From the human T2T-CHM13v2.0 reference genome, Homo sapiens, in assembly GCF_009914755.1 (NCBI RefSeq), contig NC_060933.1: a DNA stretch of 64,000 bases, one strand, 5' to 3'. The position numbers and the translations under genes are program-made. The notes beneath the pieces are model-generated. The model had not been told where the DNA came from, ran no database searches, and was given only the letters and a program-made list of their open reading frames with translations. This document shows, in pieces, positions 1 through 12,450 of this stretch. The stretch's first letter is position 1, and the number at the start of each line of letters is the position of its first letter.

Positions 1-477
1 ACCATTCCATTCCATTCCATACAATTCCATTCCATTCCATTCCATTCCATTCCATTCCATTCGGTTACTTTCCGATCCGTTCCGTTCCATACCATTCCAT
101 TCCATTCTATTCGGGTTAATTCCATTCCATTCCATTCCATTCCATTCCATTCTATTCCATTTCATTGCAATCGAGTTGAATCCATTGCATTCCATTCCAT
201 TCCATTCCATTCCATTCCATTCCATTCCTTTACATTCCATTACGGATGATTCCATTCCATTGCATTACATTCCATTCCATTCCCCTGTACTCGGGTTGAT
301 TCCATTCCATTCCATTCCATTCCATTCTAATCCATTCCATTCCATTCCATTCCGTAAGATTCCATTCCATTTCATTCCATTCCATTCCATTCCCCTGCAC
401 TCACGTTGATTCCTTTCCATTCCATTCCTTTCCATTCCATTCCGTTCCGTTCCGTTCCATTCCATTCCATTCCATTC

Positions 478-512
478 CGTTCCGTTCCGTTCCGTTCCGT
501 TCCGTTCCGTTC
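478..512 (+). repeat. (CGTTC)7 variant-pentamer run
   Basis: Seven consecutive CGTTC units read directly. Similar shorter runs recur (e.g. ~10693-10722, ~24260-24285, ~27930-27955, ~36178-36203). Confidence 0.9.
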
Positions 513-1747
513 CATTCCATTCCATTCCATTCTATTCGGGTTAATTCCATTCCATTCCATTCCATTCCATTCCATTCCAATCGAGTTGATTCCATTCCAT
601 TCCATTCCAGTCCATTCTATTCCATTCCACTCCATTCCAGTCCTTTCCATTCCATTCCACTCGGGTTGATTCCAATGTATTCCTTTCCATTCCATTCCAT
701 TCCATTGCAATCGAGTTGATTCCATTGCTTTGCATTCCACTCCATTCCATTCCATTCCGGATGATTGCATTCCATTGCATTCCATTCCATTCCATTCCCC
801 TGCACTCGGGTTGATTCCATTCCATTCCACTCCATTCCGTTCCATTCCATTCCATTCCATTGTATTCGGGTTAATTCCATTCCATTCCATTCCATTCCAT
901 TCCATTCCATTACAATCGAGTTGATTCCATTCCATTCCATTCCATTCCAGTCCTTTCCATTCCATTCCACTCGGGTTGATTCCATTCTATTAGTTTCCAT
1001 TCCATTCCATTCCCTTCCATTCCACTCTGGTTGATTCCATTCCTTTCCATTCCACTCGAATACATTCCCTCCTATTCCACTCGGAACCATTCCATTCCAT
1101 TCCATTGCATTCCATTCCATTCCATTCCATTCCATTTCATTCCATTCCATTCTATTCCGTATCATTCCATTCCATTCCATTCCATTCTATTCCATTCCAT
1201 TCCATTCCATTGTACTCGGGTTGATTCAATTCCATTGCATTCCATTCCATTCTATTCCATTCCATTCCGTTGCATTCCATTCCATTACATTCGGATTGAT
1301 TCTATTCAACTCCCTTACTCTCCATTACATTCCATTCCATTCGGGTTGTTCCATTCCATTCCATTCCATTCCACTCCATTCCATTGCACTCGGGTTGATT
1401 CCATTCCATTCCATTCCATTCCATTCCATTCCATTCCATTCCGGATGATTCCATTCCATTGCATTCCGTTCCATTACATTCCCCTGCACTCGCGTTGATT
1501 CCATTCCATTCCATTCAATTCCATTCCATTACAATTCGTTCCATTCCATTCTATTCCGTACCATTCCATTCCATTCCATACCATTCCATTCCATTCCATT
1601 CCATTCCGTTCCATTCCGTTCCATTCCATTCCATTCCATTGTATTCGAATTAATTCCATTCCATTCCATTCAATTCCATTCTATTCCATTCCATTGCAAT
1701 CGAGTTGAATCCATTGCATTTCATTCCATTCCATTCCATTCCATTCC

Positions 1748-1762
1748 ATTCCGGAAGATTCC
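1748..1762. promoter_or_regulatory. Canonical three-unit heat-shock element (nTTCn-nGAAn-nTTCn), first of ~33 copies of the ATTCCGGAAGATTCC cassette
   Basis: The sequence ATTCC GGAAG ATTCC is an exact match to the alternating-orientation HSF consensus. The motif match is direct; binding at this locus is not shown. Confidence 0.55.
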
Positions 1763-1954
1763 AATCCATTGCATTCCATTCCATTCCATTCCCCTGCACT
1801 CGCGTTGATTCCATTCCATTCCATTCCATTCCATTCCATTCCATTCCGTTCCGTTCCATTCCATTCCATTCCATTCCATTCCATTCCATTCCATTCCGTT
1901 CCGTTCCATTCCATTCCATTCCATTCTATTCGGGTTAATTCCATTCCATTCCAT

Positions 1955-1968
1955 TCGATTGCAATCGA
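1955..1968. other. 14-bp perfect palindrome TCGATTGCAATCGA, first of ~20 intact copies
   Basis: Self-reverse-complementary. It almost always lies ~25 bp downstream of the TATTCGGGTTAATT cassette. Confidence 0.9.
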
Positions 1969-3229
1969 GTTGATTCCATTCCCTAACATTCCATTCCATT
2001 CCATTCCATTCCATTCCATTCCTTTCCATTCCATTACGGATGATTCCATTCCATTCCATTCCATTCTTTTCCATTCCATTGCAATCGAGTTGAATCCATT
2101 GCATTCCATTCTATTCCATTCCATTCCATTTCATTCAATTCCGGAAGATTCCATTCCATTGCATTCCATTCCATTCCATTCCATTACATTCCATTCCTTT
2201 CCATTCGATTGTACTCGGGTTGATTCCATTCCATTGCATTCCATTCCATTCCATTCCATTCCATTCCATTCCGTTCCATTCCATTCCATTACATTCGGAT
2301 TGATTCTTTTCAACTCCCTTACTCTCCATTACATTCCATTCCATTCGGGTTGTTCCATTCCATTCCTTTCCATTCCACTCCATTCCATTGCACTCGGGTT
2401 GATTCCATTCCATTCCATTCCATTCCATTCCGGATGATTCCATTTCATTGCATTCTGTTCCATTACGTTCCCCTGCACTCAGGTTGATTCCATTCCATTC
2501 CTTTCCATTCCATTCGATTCCATTCCATTCCCCTGCACTCGCCTTGATTCCATTCCATTCCATTCCGTTCCAATGCATTCCATTCCATTCCTTTCCGTTC
2601 CATTCCATTCCATTCCGTTCCGTTCCATTCCATTCCATTCCATTCTATTCGGGTTAATTCCATTCCATTCCATTCGATTGCAATCGAGTTGATTCCATTC
2701 CATTCCATTCCATTCCATTCCAGTCCTTTCCATTCCTTTCCATTCCATTACTGATGATTCCATTCCATTGCATTCCATTCCATTCCATTCCCCTGTACTC
2801 GGGTTGATTCCATTCCATTCCATTCCAATCCATGCCATTCCACTCGTGTAGATACCATTCTTTCCTTTCCATTCAAGTTGAATCCATTCCATTGCATTCC
2901 ATTCCATTCCATTCCCCTGCAGTCGGGTTGATTCCATTCCATTCCATTCCATTCCATTCCATTCCATTCCATTCCGTTCCGTTCCATTCCATTCCATTCC
3001 TTTCTATTCGAGTTAATTCCATTCCATTCCATTCCATTCCATTCCATTCCAATTAAGTTGATTCCATTCCATTCCATTCCATTCCATTCCATTCCATTCC
3101 ATTCCACTCCATTCCAGTCCTTTCCATTCCTTTCCACTCAGGTTGATTCCAATGTATTCCTTTCCATTCCATTCCATTCCATTGCAATCAAGTTGATTCC
3201 ATTGCTTTGCATTCCATTCCATTCCATTC

Positions 3230-3540
3230 CATTCCGGATGATTCGATTCCATTGCATTCCATTCCATTCCATTCCCCTGCACTCGGGTTGATTCCATTCC
3301 ATTCCACTACATTCCGTTCCATTCCATTCCATTCCATTGTATTCGGGTTAATTCCATTCCATTCCATTCCATTCCATTCCATTCCATTCCGGATGATTCC
3401 ATTCCATTGCATTCCATTCCATTCCATTCCCCTGCACTCGGGTTGATTCCACTCCATTCCACTACATTCCGTTCCATTCCATTCCATTCCATTGTATTCG
3501 GGTTAATTCCATTCCATTCCATTCCATTCCATTCCATTCC
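3230..3540 (+). repeat. Local tandem duplication, 2 x 155 bp
   Basis: Rare marker ACTACATTCCGTTCC at ~3306 and ~3461; GGATGATT at ~3236 and ~3391. Confidence 0.8.
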
Positions 3541-4869
3541 ATTCCATTCCACTACAATCGTGTTGATTCCATTCCATTCCATTCCATTCCAGTGCTTTCC
3601 ATTCCATTCCACTCGGGTTGATTCCATTCTATTAGTTTCCATTCCATTCCATTCCCTTCCATTCCACTCTGGTTGATTCCATTCCTTTCCATTCCACTCG
3701 AATACATTCCCTCCTATTCCACACGGAACGATTCCATTCCATTCCATTCCATTCCATTCCATTCCATTTCGTTCCATTCCATTCTATTCCGTATCATTCC
3801 ATTCCAGTCCATTGCATTCCATTCCATTCCATTGCATTCCATTCCATTCCATTCCATTTCATTCCATTCCGTTGCATTCCATTCCATTACATTCGGATTG
3901 ATTCTATTCAACTCCCTTACTCTCCATTACATTCCATTCCATTCGGGTTGTTCCATTCCATTCCATTCCATTCCACTCCATTCCATTGCACTCGGGTTGA
4001 TTCCATTCCATTCCATTCCATTCCATTCCATTCCATTCCGGATGATTCCATTCCATTGCATTCCGTTCCATTACATTCCCCTGCACTCGCGTTGATTCCG
4101 TTCCATTCCATTCCATTCCATTCAATTCCATTCCATTAGAATTCGTTCCATTCCATTCTATTCCGTACCATTCCATTCCATTCCATACCATTCCATTCCA
4201 TTCCATTCCATTCCATTCCGTTCCATTCCGTTCCATTCCATTCCATTCCATTCTATTCGGATTAAATCCATTCCATTCCATTCCATTCCATTCTATTCCA
4301 TTCCATTGCAATCTAGTTGAATCCATTGCATTTCATTCCATTCCATTCCATTCCATTCCATTCCGGAAGATTCCATTCCATTGCATTCCATTCCATTCCA
4401 TTCCCCTACACTCGCGTTGATTCCATTCCATTCCATTCCATTCCATTCCATTCCATTCCGTTCCGTTCCATTCCATTCCATTCCATTCCATTCCATTCCG
4501 TTCCGTTCCATTCCATTCCATTCCATTCTATTCGGGTTAATTCCATTCCATTCCATTCGATTGCAATCGAGTTGATTCCATTCCATTCCATTCCATTCCA
4601 TTCCATTCCATTCCTTTCCATTCCATTACGGATGATTCCTTTCCATCGCATTCCATTCCATTCCATTCCCCTGTACTCGGGTTGATTCCATTCCATTCCA
4701 TTCCAATCCATGCCATTCCACTCGTGTTGATTCCATTCTTTCCATTCCATTCAAGTTGAATCCATTCCATTGCATTACATTCCATTCGATTCCATTCGAT
4801 TGCACTCGGGTTGATTCCATTCCATCGCATTCCATTCCATTCCATTCCATTCCATTCCATTCCATTCCA

Positions 4870-7340
4870 TTCCATTCCATTACATTCGGATTGATTCTAT
4901 TCAATTCCCTTACACTCCATTACATTCCATTCCATTCGGGTAGTTTCCATTCCATTCGATTCCATTCCTCTCCATTCCATTGCACTCGGGTTGATTCCAT
5001 TCCATTGCATTCCATTCCATTCCATTCAATTCCATTCCGTTCCATTCCATTCCATTACATTCGGATTGATTCTATTCAACTCCCTTACTCTCCATTACAT
5101 TCCATTCCATTCGGGTTGTTCCATTCCATTCCATTCCATTCCACTCCATTCCATTGCACTCGGGTTGATTCCATTCCATTCCATTCCATTCCATTCCATT
5201 ACAATCGAGTTGATTCCATTCCATTCCATTCTATTCCATACCTTTCCATTCCATTCCACTCGGGTTGATTCCACTCTATTAGTTTCCATTCCATTCCATT
5301 CCCTTCCATTCCACTCTGGTTGATTCCATTCCTTTCCATTCCACTCGAATACATTCCCTCCTATTCCACTCGGAACGATTCCATTCCATTCCATTCCATT
5401 CCATTCCATTCCATTCCATTCCATTCCATTCCATTCCATTTCGTTCCATTCCATTCTATTCCGTATCATTCCATTCCATTCCATTCCATTCCATTCCATT
5501 CCATTCCATTCCATTGTACTCGGGTTGATTCCATTCCATTGCATTCCATTCCATTCCATTCCATTCCATTTCATTCCATTCCGTTCCATTCCATTACATT
5601 CGGATTGATTCTTTTGAACTCCCTTACTCTCCATTACATTCCATTCCATTCGGATTGTTCCATTCCATTCCATTCCATTCCACTCCATTCCATTGCACTC
5701 GGGTTGATTCCATTCCATTCCATTCCATTCCATTCCGGATGATTCCATTCCATTGCATTCCGTTCCATTACATTCCCCTGCACTCGGGTTGCTTCCATTC
5801 CATTCCATTCCATTCCATTCGCTTCCATTCCATTCCCCTGCACTCGCGTTGATACCATTCCATTCCATTCCATTCCATTCCATTCCTTTCCATTCCAGTC
5901 CTTTCCATTCCATTCCACTCAGGTTGATTCCATTCTATTAGTTTCCATTCCATTCCATTCCCTTCCATTCCACTCTGGTTGATTCCATTCCTTGCCATTC
6001 CACTCGAATACATTCCCTCCTATTCGACTCGGAACGATTCCATTCCATTCCATTCCATTCCATTCCATTCCATTTCATTCCATTCCATTCCATTCCATTC
6101 CATTTCGTTCCATTCCATTCCATTCCGTATCATTCCATTCCATTCCATTCCGTTCCATTCCATTCCATTACATTCGGATTGATTCTATTCAATTCCCTTA
6201 CACTCCATTACATTCCATTCCATTCGGGTAGTTTCCATTCCATTCCATTCCATTCCTCTCCATTCCAATGCACTCGGGTTGATTCCATTCCATTGCTTTC
6301 CGTTCCATTCCATTCAATCCCATTCCGTTCCATTCCATTCCATTACATTCGGATTGATTCTATTCAACTCCCTTACTCTCCATTACATTCCATTCCATTC
6401 GGGTTGTTCCATTCCATTCCATTCCATTCCACTCCATTCCATTGCACTCGGGTTGATTCCATTCCATTCCATTCCATTCCATTCCATTCCATTCCATTCC
6501 ATTACAATCGAGTTGATTCCATTCCATTCCATTCTATTCCAGTCCTTTCCATTCCATTCCACTCGGGTTGATTCCATTCTATTAGTTTCCATTCCATTCC
6601 ATTCCCTTCCATTCCACTCTGTTTGATTCCATTCCTTTCCATTCCACTCGAATACATTCCCTCCTATTCCACACGGAACGATTCCATTCCATTCCATTCC
6701 ATTCCATTCCATTCCATTCCATTCCATTCCATTTCGTTCCATTCCATTCTATTCCGTATCATTCCATTCCATTCCATTCCATTCCATTCCATTCCATTGT
6801 ACTCGGGTTGATTCCATTCCATTGCATTCCAATCCATTCCATTCCATTCCATTCCATTCCATTCCATTGCATTCCGTTCCATTCCATTACATTCGGATTG
6901 ATTCTTTTGAACTCCCTTACTCTCCATTACATTCCATTCCATTCGGATTGTTCCATTCCATTCCGTTCCATTCAACTCCATTCCATTGCACTCGGGTTGA
7001 TTCCATTCCATTCCATTCCATTCCATTGCGGATGATTCCATTCCATTGCATTCCGTTCCATTACATTCCCCTGCACTCGGGTTGATTCCATTCCATTCCA
7101 TTCCATTCCATTCCATTCGATTCCATTCCATTCCCCTGCACTCGCGTTGATTCCATTCCATTCCATTCCATTCCTTTCCATTCCAGTCCTTTCCATTCCA
7201 TTCCACTCGGGTTGATTCCATTCTATTAGTTTCCCTTCCATTCCATTCCCTTCCATTCCACTCTGGTTGATTCCATTCCTTTCCATTCCACTCGAATACA
7301 TAACCTCCTATTCGACTCGGAACGATTCCATTCCATTCCA
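4870..7340 (+). repeat. Tandem higher-order duplication, unit ~1.29 kb (third copy ~8500-9780)
   Basis: Paired markers: TCGGATTGATTCTATTCAATTCCC at ~4886/~6174, CTTTTGAACTCCC at ~5611/~6904, TCGGATTGTTCC at ~5650/~6943/~9294, TATTCGACTCGGAACG at ~6021/~7309. Confidence 0.8.
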
Positions 7341-10300
7341 TTCCATTCCATTCCATTCCACTCGTGTTGATTCCATTCCTTTCCATTCCATTCGGTTTGA
7401 AGGCATTCCATTCCATTCCATTCCATTCCATTCCATTCCATTCCATTGTACTCGGGTTGATTCCATTCCATTGCATTCCATTCCATTCCATTCCATTCCT
7501 TTCCATTCCGTTGCATTCCATTCCATTACATTCGGATTGATTATATTCAACTCCCTTACTCTCCATTACATTCCATTCCATTCGGGTTGTTCCATTCCAT
7601 TCCATTCCATTCCACTCCATTCCATTGCACTCGGGTTGATTCCATTCCATTCCATTCCATTCCATTCCATTCCATTCCGGATGATTCCATTCCATTGCAT
7701 TCCGTTCCATTACATTCCCCTCCACTCGCGTGGATTCCATTCCATTCCATTCCATTCCATTCAATTCCATTCCATTACAATTCTTTCCATTCCATTCTAT
7801 TCCGTACCATTCCATTCCATTCCATACCATTCCATTCCATTCCATTCCATTCCATTCCGTTCCATTCCGTTCCATTCCATTCCATACCATTCTATTCGGG
7901 TTAATTCCATTGCATTCCATTCAATTCCATTCCATTCCATTCCATTCCATTGCAATCGAGTTGAATCCATTGCATTTCATTCCATTCCGTTCCATTCCAT
8001 TCCGGAAGATTCCATTCCATTGCATTCCATTCCATTCCATTCCCCTGCACTCGCGTTGATTCCATTCCATTCCATTCCATTCCATTCCATTCCGTTCCGT
8101 TCCATTCCATTCCATTCCATTCCATTCTATTCGGGTTAATTCCATTCCATTCCATTCGATTGCAATCGAGTTGATTCCATTCCATTCCATTCCATTCCAT
8201 TCCATTCCATTCCATTCCATTCCTTTCCTTTCCATTCCATTACGGATGATTCCATTCCATTGCATTCCATTCCATTCCATTCCCCTGTACTCGGGTTGAT
8301 TCCATTCCATTCCATTCCAATCCATGCCATTCCACTCGTGTTGATTCCATTCTTTCCATTGCATTCAAGTTGAATCCATTCCATTGCATTCCATTCCATT
8401 CGATTCCATTCGATTGCACTCGGGTTGATTCCATTCCATTGCATTCCATTCCATTCCATTCCATTCCATTCCATTCCATTCCGTTCCGTTCCATTCCATT
8501 CCATTACATTCGGATTGATTCTATTCAATTCCCTTACACTCCATTACATTACATTCCATTCGGGTAGTTTCCATTCCATTCCATTCCATTCCTCTCCATT
8601 CCATTGCACTCGGGTTGATTCCATTCCATTGCATTCCATTCCATTCCATTCAATTCCATTCCGTTCCATTCCATTCCATTACATTCGGATTGATTCTATT
8701 CAACTCCCTTACTCTCCATTACATTCCATTCCATTCGGGTTGTTCCATTCCATTCCATTCCATTCCACTCCATTCCATTGCACTCGGGTTGATTCCATTC
8801 CATTCCATTCCATTCCATTCCATTCCATTCCATTCCATTCCATTACAGTCGAGTTGATTCCATTCCATTCCATTCTATTCCAGTCCTTTCCATTCCATTC
8901 CACTCGGGTTGATTCCATTCCATTAGTTTCCATTCCATTCCATTCCCTTCCATTCCACTCTTGTTGATTCCATTCCTTTCCATTCCACTCGAATACATTC
9001 CCTCCTATTCCACTCGGAACGATTCCATTCCATTCCATTCCATTCCATTGCATTCCATTCCATACCATTCCATTCCATTTCGTTCCATTCCATTCTATTC
9101 CGTATCATTCCATTCCATTCCATTCCATTCCATTCCATTCCATTCCATTCCATTCCATTCCATTGTACTCGGGTTGATTCCATTCCATTGCATTCCATTC
9201 CATTCCATTCCATTCCATTCCATTCCGTTCCATTCCATTACATTCGGATTGATTCTTTTCAACTCCCTTACTCTCAATTACATTCCATTCCATTCGGATT
9301 GTTCCATTCCATTCCATTCCATTCCACTCCATTCCATTACACTCGGGTTGATTACATTCCATTCCATTCCATTCCATTCCGGATGATTCCATTCCATTGC
9401 ATTCCGTTCCATTACATTCCCCTGCACTCGGGTTGATTCCATTCCATTCCATTCTATTCCATTCGATTCCATTCCATTCCCCTGCACTCGCGTTGATTCC
9501 ATTCCATTCCATTCCATTCCATTCCATTCCATTCCATTCCTTTCCATTCCAGTCCTTTCCATTCCATTCCACTCTGGTTGATTCCATTGTATTAGTTTCC
9601 TATCCATTCCATTCCCTTCCATTCCACTCTGGTTGATTCCATTCCTTTCCATTCCACTCGAATACATTCCTTCCTATTCCACTCGGAACGATTACATTCC
9701 ATTCCATTCCATTCCATTCCATTCCATTCCATTTCGTTCCATTCCATTCTATTCCGTATCATTCCATTCCATTCCATTCCATTCCATTCCATTCCATTCC
9801 ATTCCACTCGTGTTGATTCCATTCCTTTCCATTCCATTCGGTTTGAAGGCATTCCATTCCATTCCATTCCATTCCATTCCATTTCATTGTACTCTGGTTG
9901 ATTCCATTCCATTGCATTCCATTCCATTCCATTCCATTCCATTCCGTTGCATTCCATTCCATTACATTCGGATTGATTCTATTCAACTCCCTTACTCTCC
10001 ATTACATTCCATTCCTTTCGGGTTGTTCCATTCCATTCCATTCCATTCCAATTCACTCCATTCCATTGCACTCGGGTTGATTCCATTCGATTCCATTCCA
10101 TTCCATTCCATTCCGGATGATTCCATTCCATTGCATTCCGTTCCATTACATTCCCCTGCACTTGCGTTGATTCCATTCCATTCCATTCCATTCCATTCAA
10201 TTCCATTCCATTACAATTCGTTCCATTCCATTCTATTCCGTACCATTCCATTCCATTCCATACCATTCCATTCCATTCCATTCCATTCCATTCCGTTCCA

Positions 10301-10999
10301 TTCCGTTCCATTCCATTCCATTCCATTCTATTAGGGTTAATTCCATTCCATTCCATTCCATTCTATTCCATTCCATTGCAATCGATTTGAATCCATTGCA
10401 TTTCATTCCATTCCATTCCATTCCATTCCATTCCGGAAGATTCCATTCCATTGCATTCCATTCCATTCCATTCCCCTGCACTCGCGTTGATTCCATTCCA
10501 TTCCATTCCATTCCATTCCATTCCATTCCATTCCGTTCCGTTCCATTCCATTCCATTCCATTCCATTCCATTCCGTTCCGTTCCATTCCATTCCATTCCA
10601 TTACGGATGATTCCATTCCATTGCATTCCATTCCATTCCATTCCCCTGCACTCGCGTTGATTCCATTCCATTCCATTCCATTCCATTCCATTCCGTTCCG
10701 TTCCGTTCCGTTCCGTTCCGTTCCATTCCAATCTATTCCATTCCATTCCATTCCATTCCTTTCCGTTCCATTCCATTCCATTCCATTCCATTCTATTCGG
10801 GTTAATTGCATTCCATTCCATTCGATTGCAATCGAGATGATTCCATTCCATTCCATTCCATTCCATTCCATTCCATTCCATTCCTTTCCATTCCATTACG
10901 GATGATTCCATTCCATTGCATTCCATTCCATTCCATTCCCCTGTACTCGGGTTGATTCCATTCCATTCCATTCCAATCCATGCCATTACACTCGTGTTG

Positions 11000-12450
11000 A
11001 TTCCATTCTTTCCATTCCATTCAAGTTGAATCCATTCCATTGCATTCCATTCCATTCGATTCTATTCGATTGCACTCGGGTTGATTCCATTCCATTGCAT
11101 TCCATTCCATTCCATTCCATTCCATTCCATTCCGTTCCATTCCATTTCATTACATTCAGATTGATTCTATTCAATTCCCTTACACTCCATTATATTCCAA
11201 TCCATTCTGGTTGTTTCCATTCCATTCCATTCCATTTCACTCCATTCCATTGCACTCGGGTTGATTCCATTCCATTCCATTCCATTGCATTCCATTCCAT
11301 TCCATTCCGGATGATTCCATTCCATTGCATTCCTTTCCATTCCATTCCCCTGCACTCGGGTTGATTCCATTCCATTCCATTCCATTACATTCCGTTCCAT
11401 TCCATTCCATTCGGATTGATTCTATTCAATTCCCTTACACTCCATTACATTCCATTCCATTCGGGTAGTTTCCATTCCATTCCATTCCATTCCTCTCCAT
11501 TCCATTGCACTCGGGTTGATTCCATTCCATTCCATTCCATTCCATTCCATTCCATTCCGTTCCATTGTAGTCGGGTTGATTCCATTCCATTGCATTCAAT
11601 TCAATTCCATTCCGTTCCATTCCATTCCATTACATTCGGATTGATTCTATTCAAGTCCCTAACTCTCCATTACATTACATTCCATTCGGGTTGTTCCATT
11701 CCATTCCATTCCATTCCACTCCATTCCATTGCACTCGGGTTGATTCCATTCCATTCCATTCCATTCAATTCCATTCCATTCCATTCCGGATGATTCCATT
11801 CCATTGCATTCCGTTCCATTACATTCCCCTGCACTCGGGTTGATTCCATTCCATTCCACTCCATTCCATTCGGTTCCATTCCATTCCAATTCTTTCCATT
11901 CCATTCTATTCCGTAACATTCCATTCCATTCCATACAATTCTATTCCATTCCATTCCACTCCCTTCCGTTCCGTTCCGTTCCGTTCCATTCCATTCCATT
12001 CCATTCTATTCGGTTTAATTCCATTCCATTCCATTCCATTCTATTCCATTCCATTGCAATGTAGTTGAATCCATTGCATTCCATTCCATTCCATTCCATT
12101 CCATTCCATTCCGGAAGATTCCATTCCATTGCATTCCATTCCATTCCATTCCATTCCATTCCATTCCATTCCATTCCATTCCATTCCATTGTACTCGGGT
12201 TGATTCCATTCCATTGCATTCCATTCCATTCCATTCCATTCCATTCCATTCTGTTCCATTCCGTTCCATTACATTCGGATTGATTCTTTTCAACTCCCTT
12301 TCTCTCCATTACATTCCATTCCATTCGGGTTGTTCCATTCCATTCCTTTCCATTCCACTCTATTCCATTGCACTCGGGTTGATTCCATTCCATTCCATTC
12401 CGGATGATTCCATTCCATTGCATTCCGTTCCATTACATTCCCCTGCACTC
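11000..12450 (+). repeat. Dispersed segment copy 1 (paralog at ~14900-16420, more distant relative at ~23030-24400)
   Basis: Shared rare variants: TTCAGATTGATT...ATTATATTCCAATCCATTCTGGTTG (~11155/~15071), CAAGTCCCT (~11652/~15613), TCGGTTTAATT (~12010/~15961). Confidence 0.75.

Noticed and set aside
1291-1320. TGATTCTATTCA as a DUX4-type site
   Set aside because: It does not match the TGATTnnnTTA spacing of the consensus, and DUX4 binding is established mainly for satellite II.
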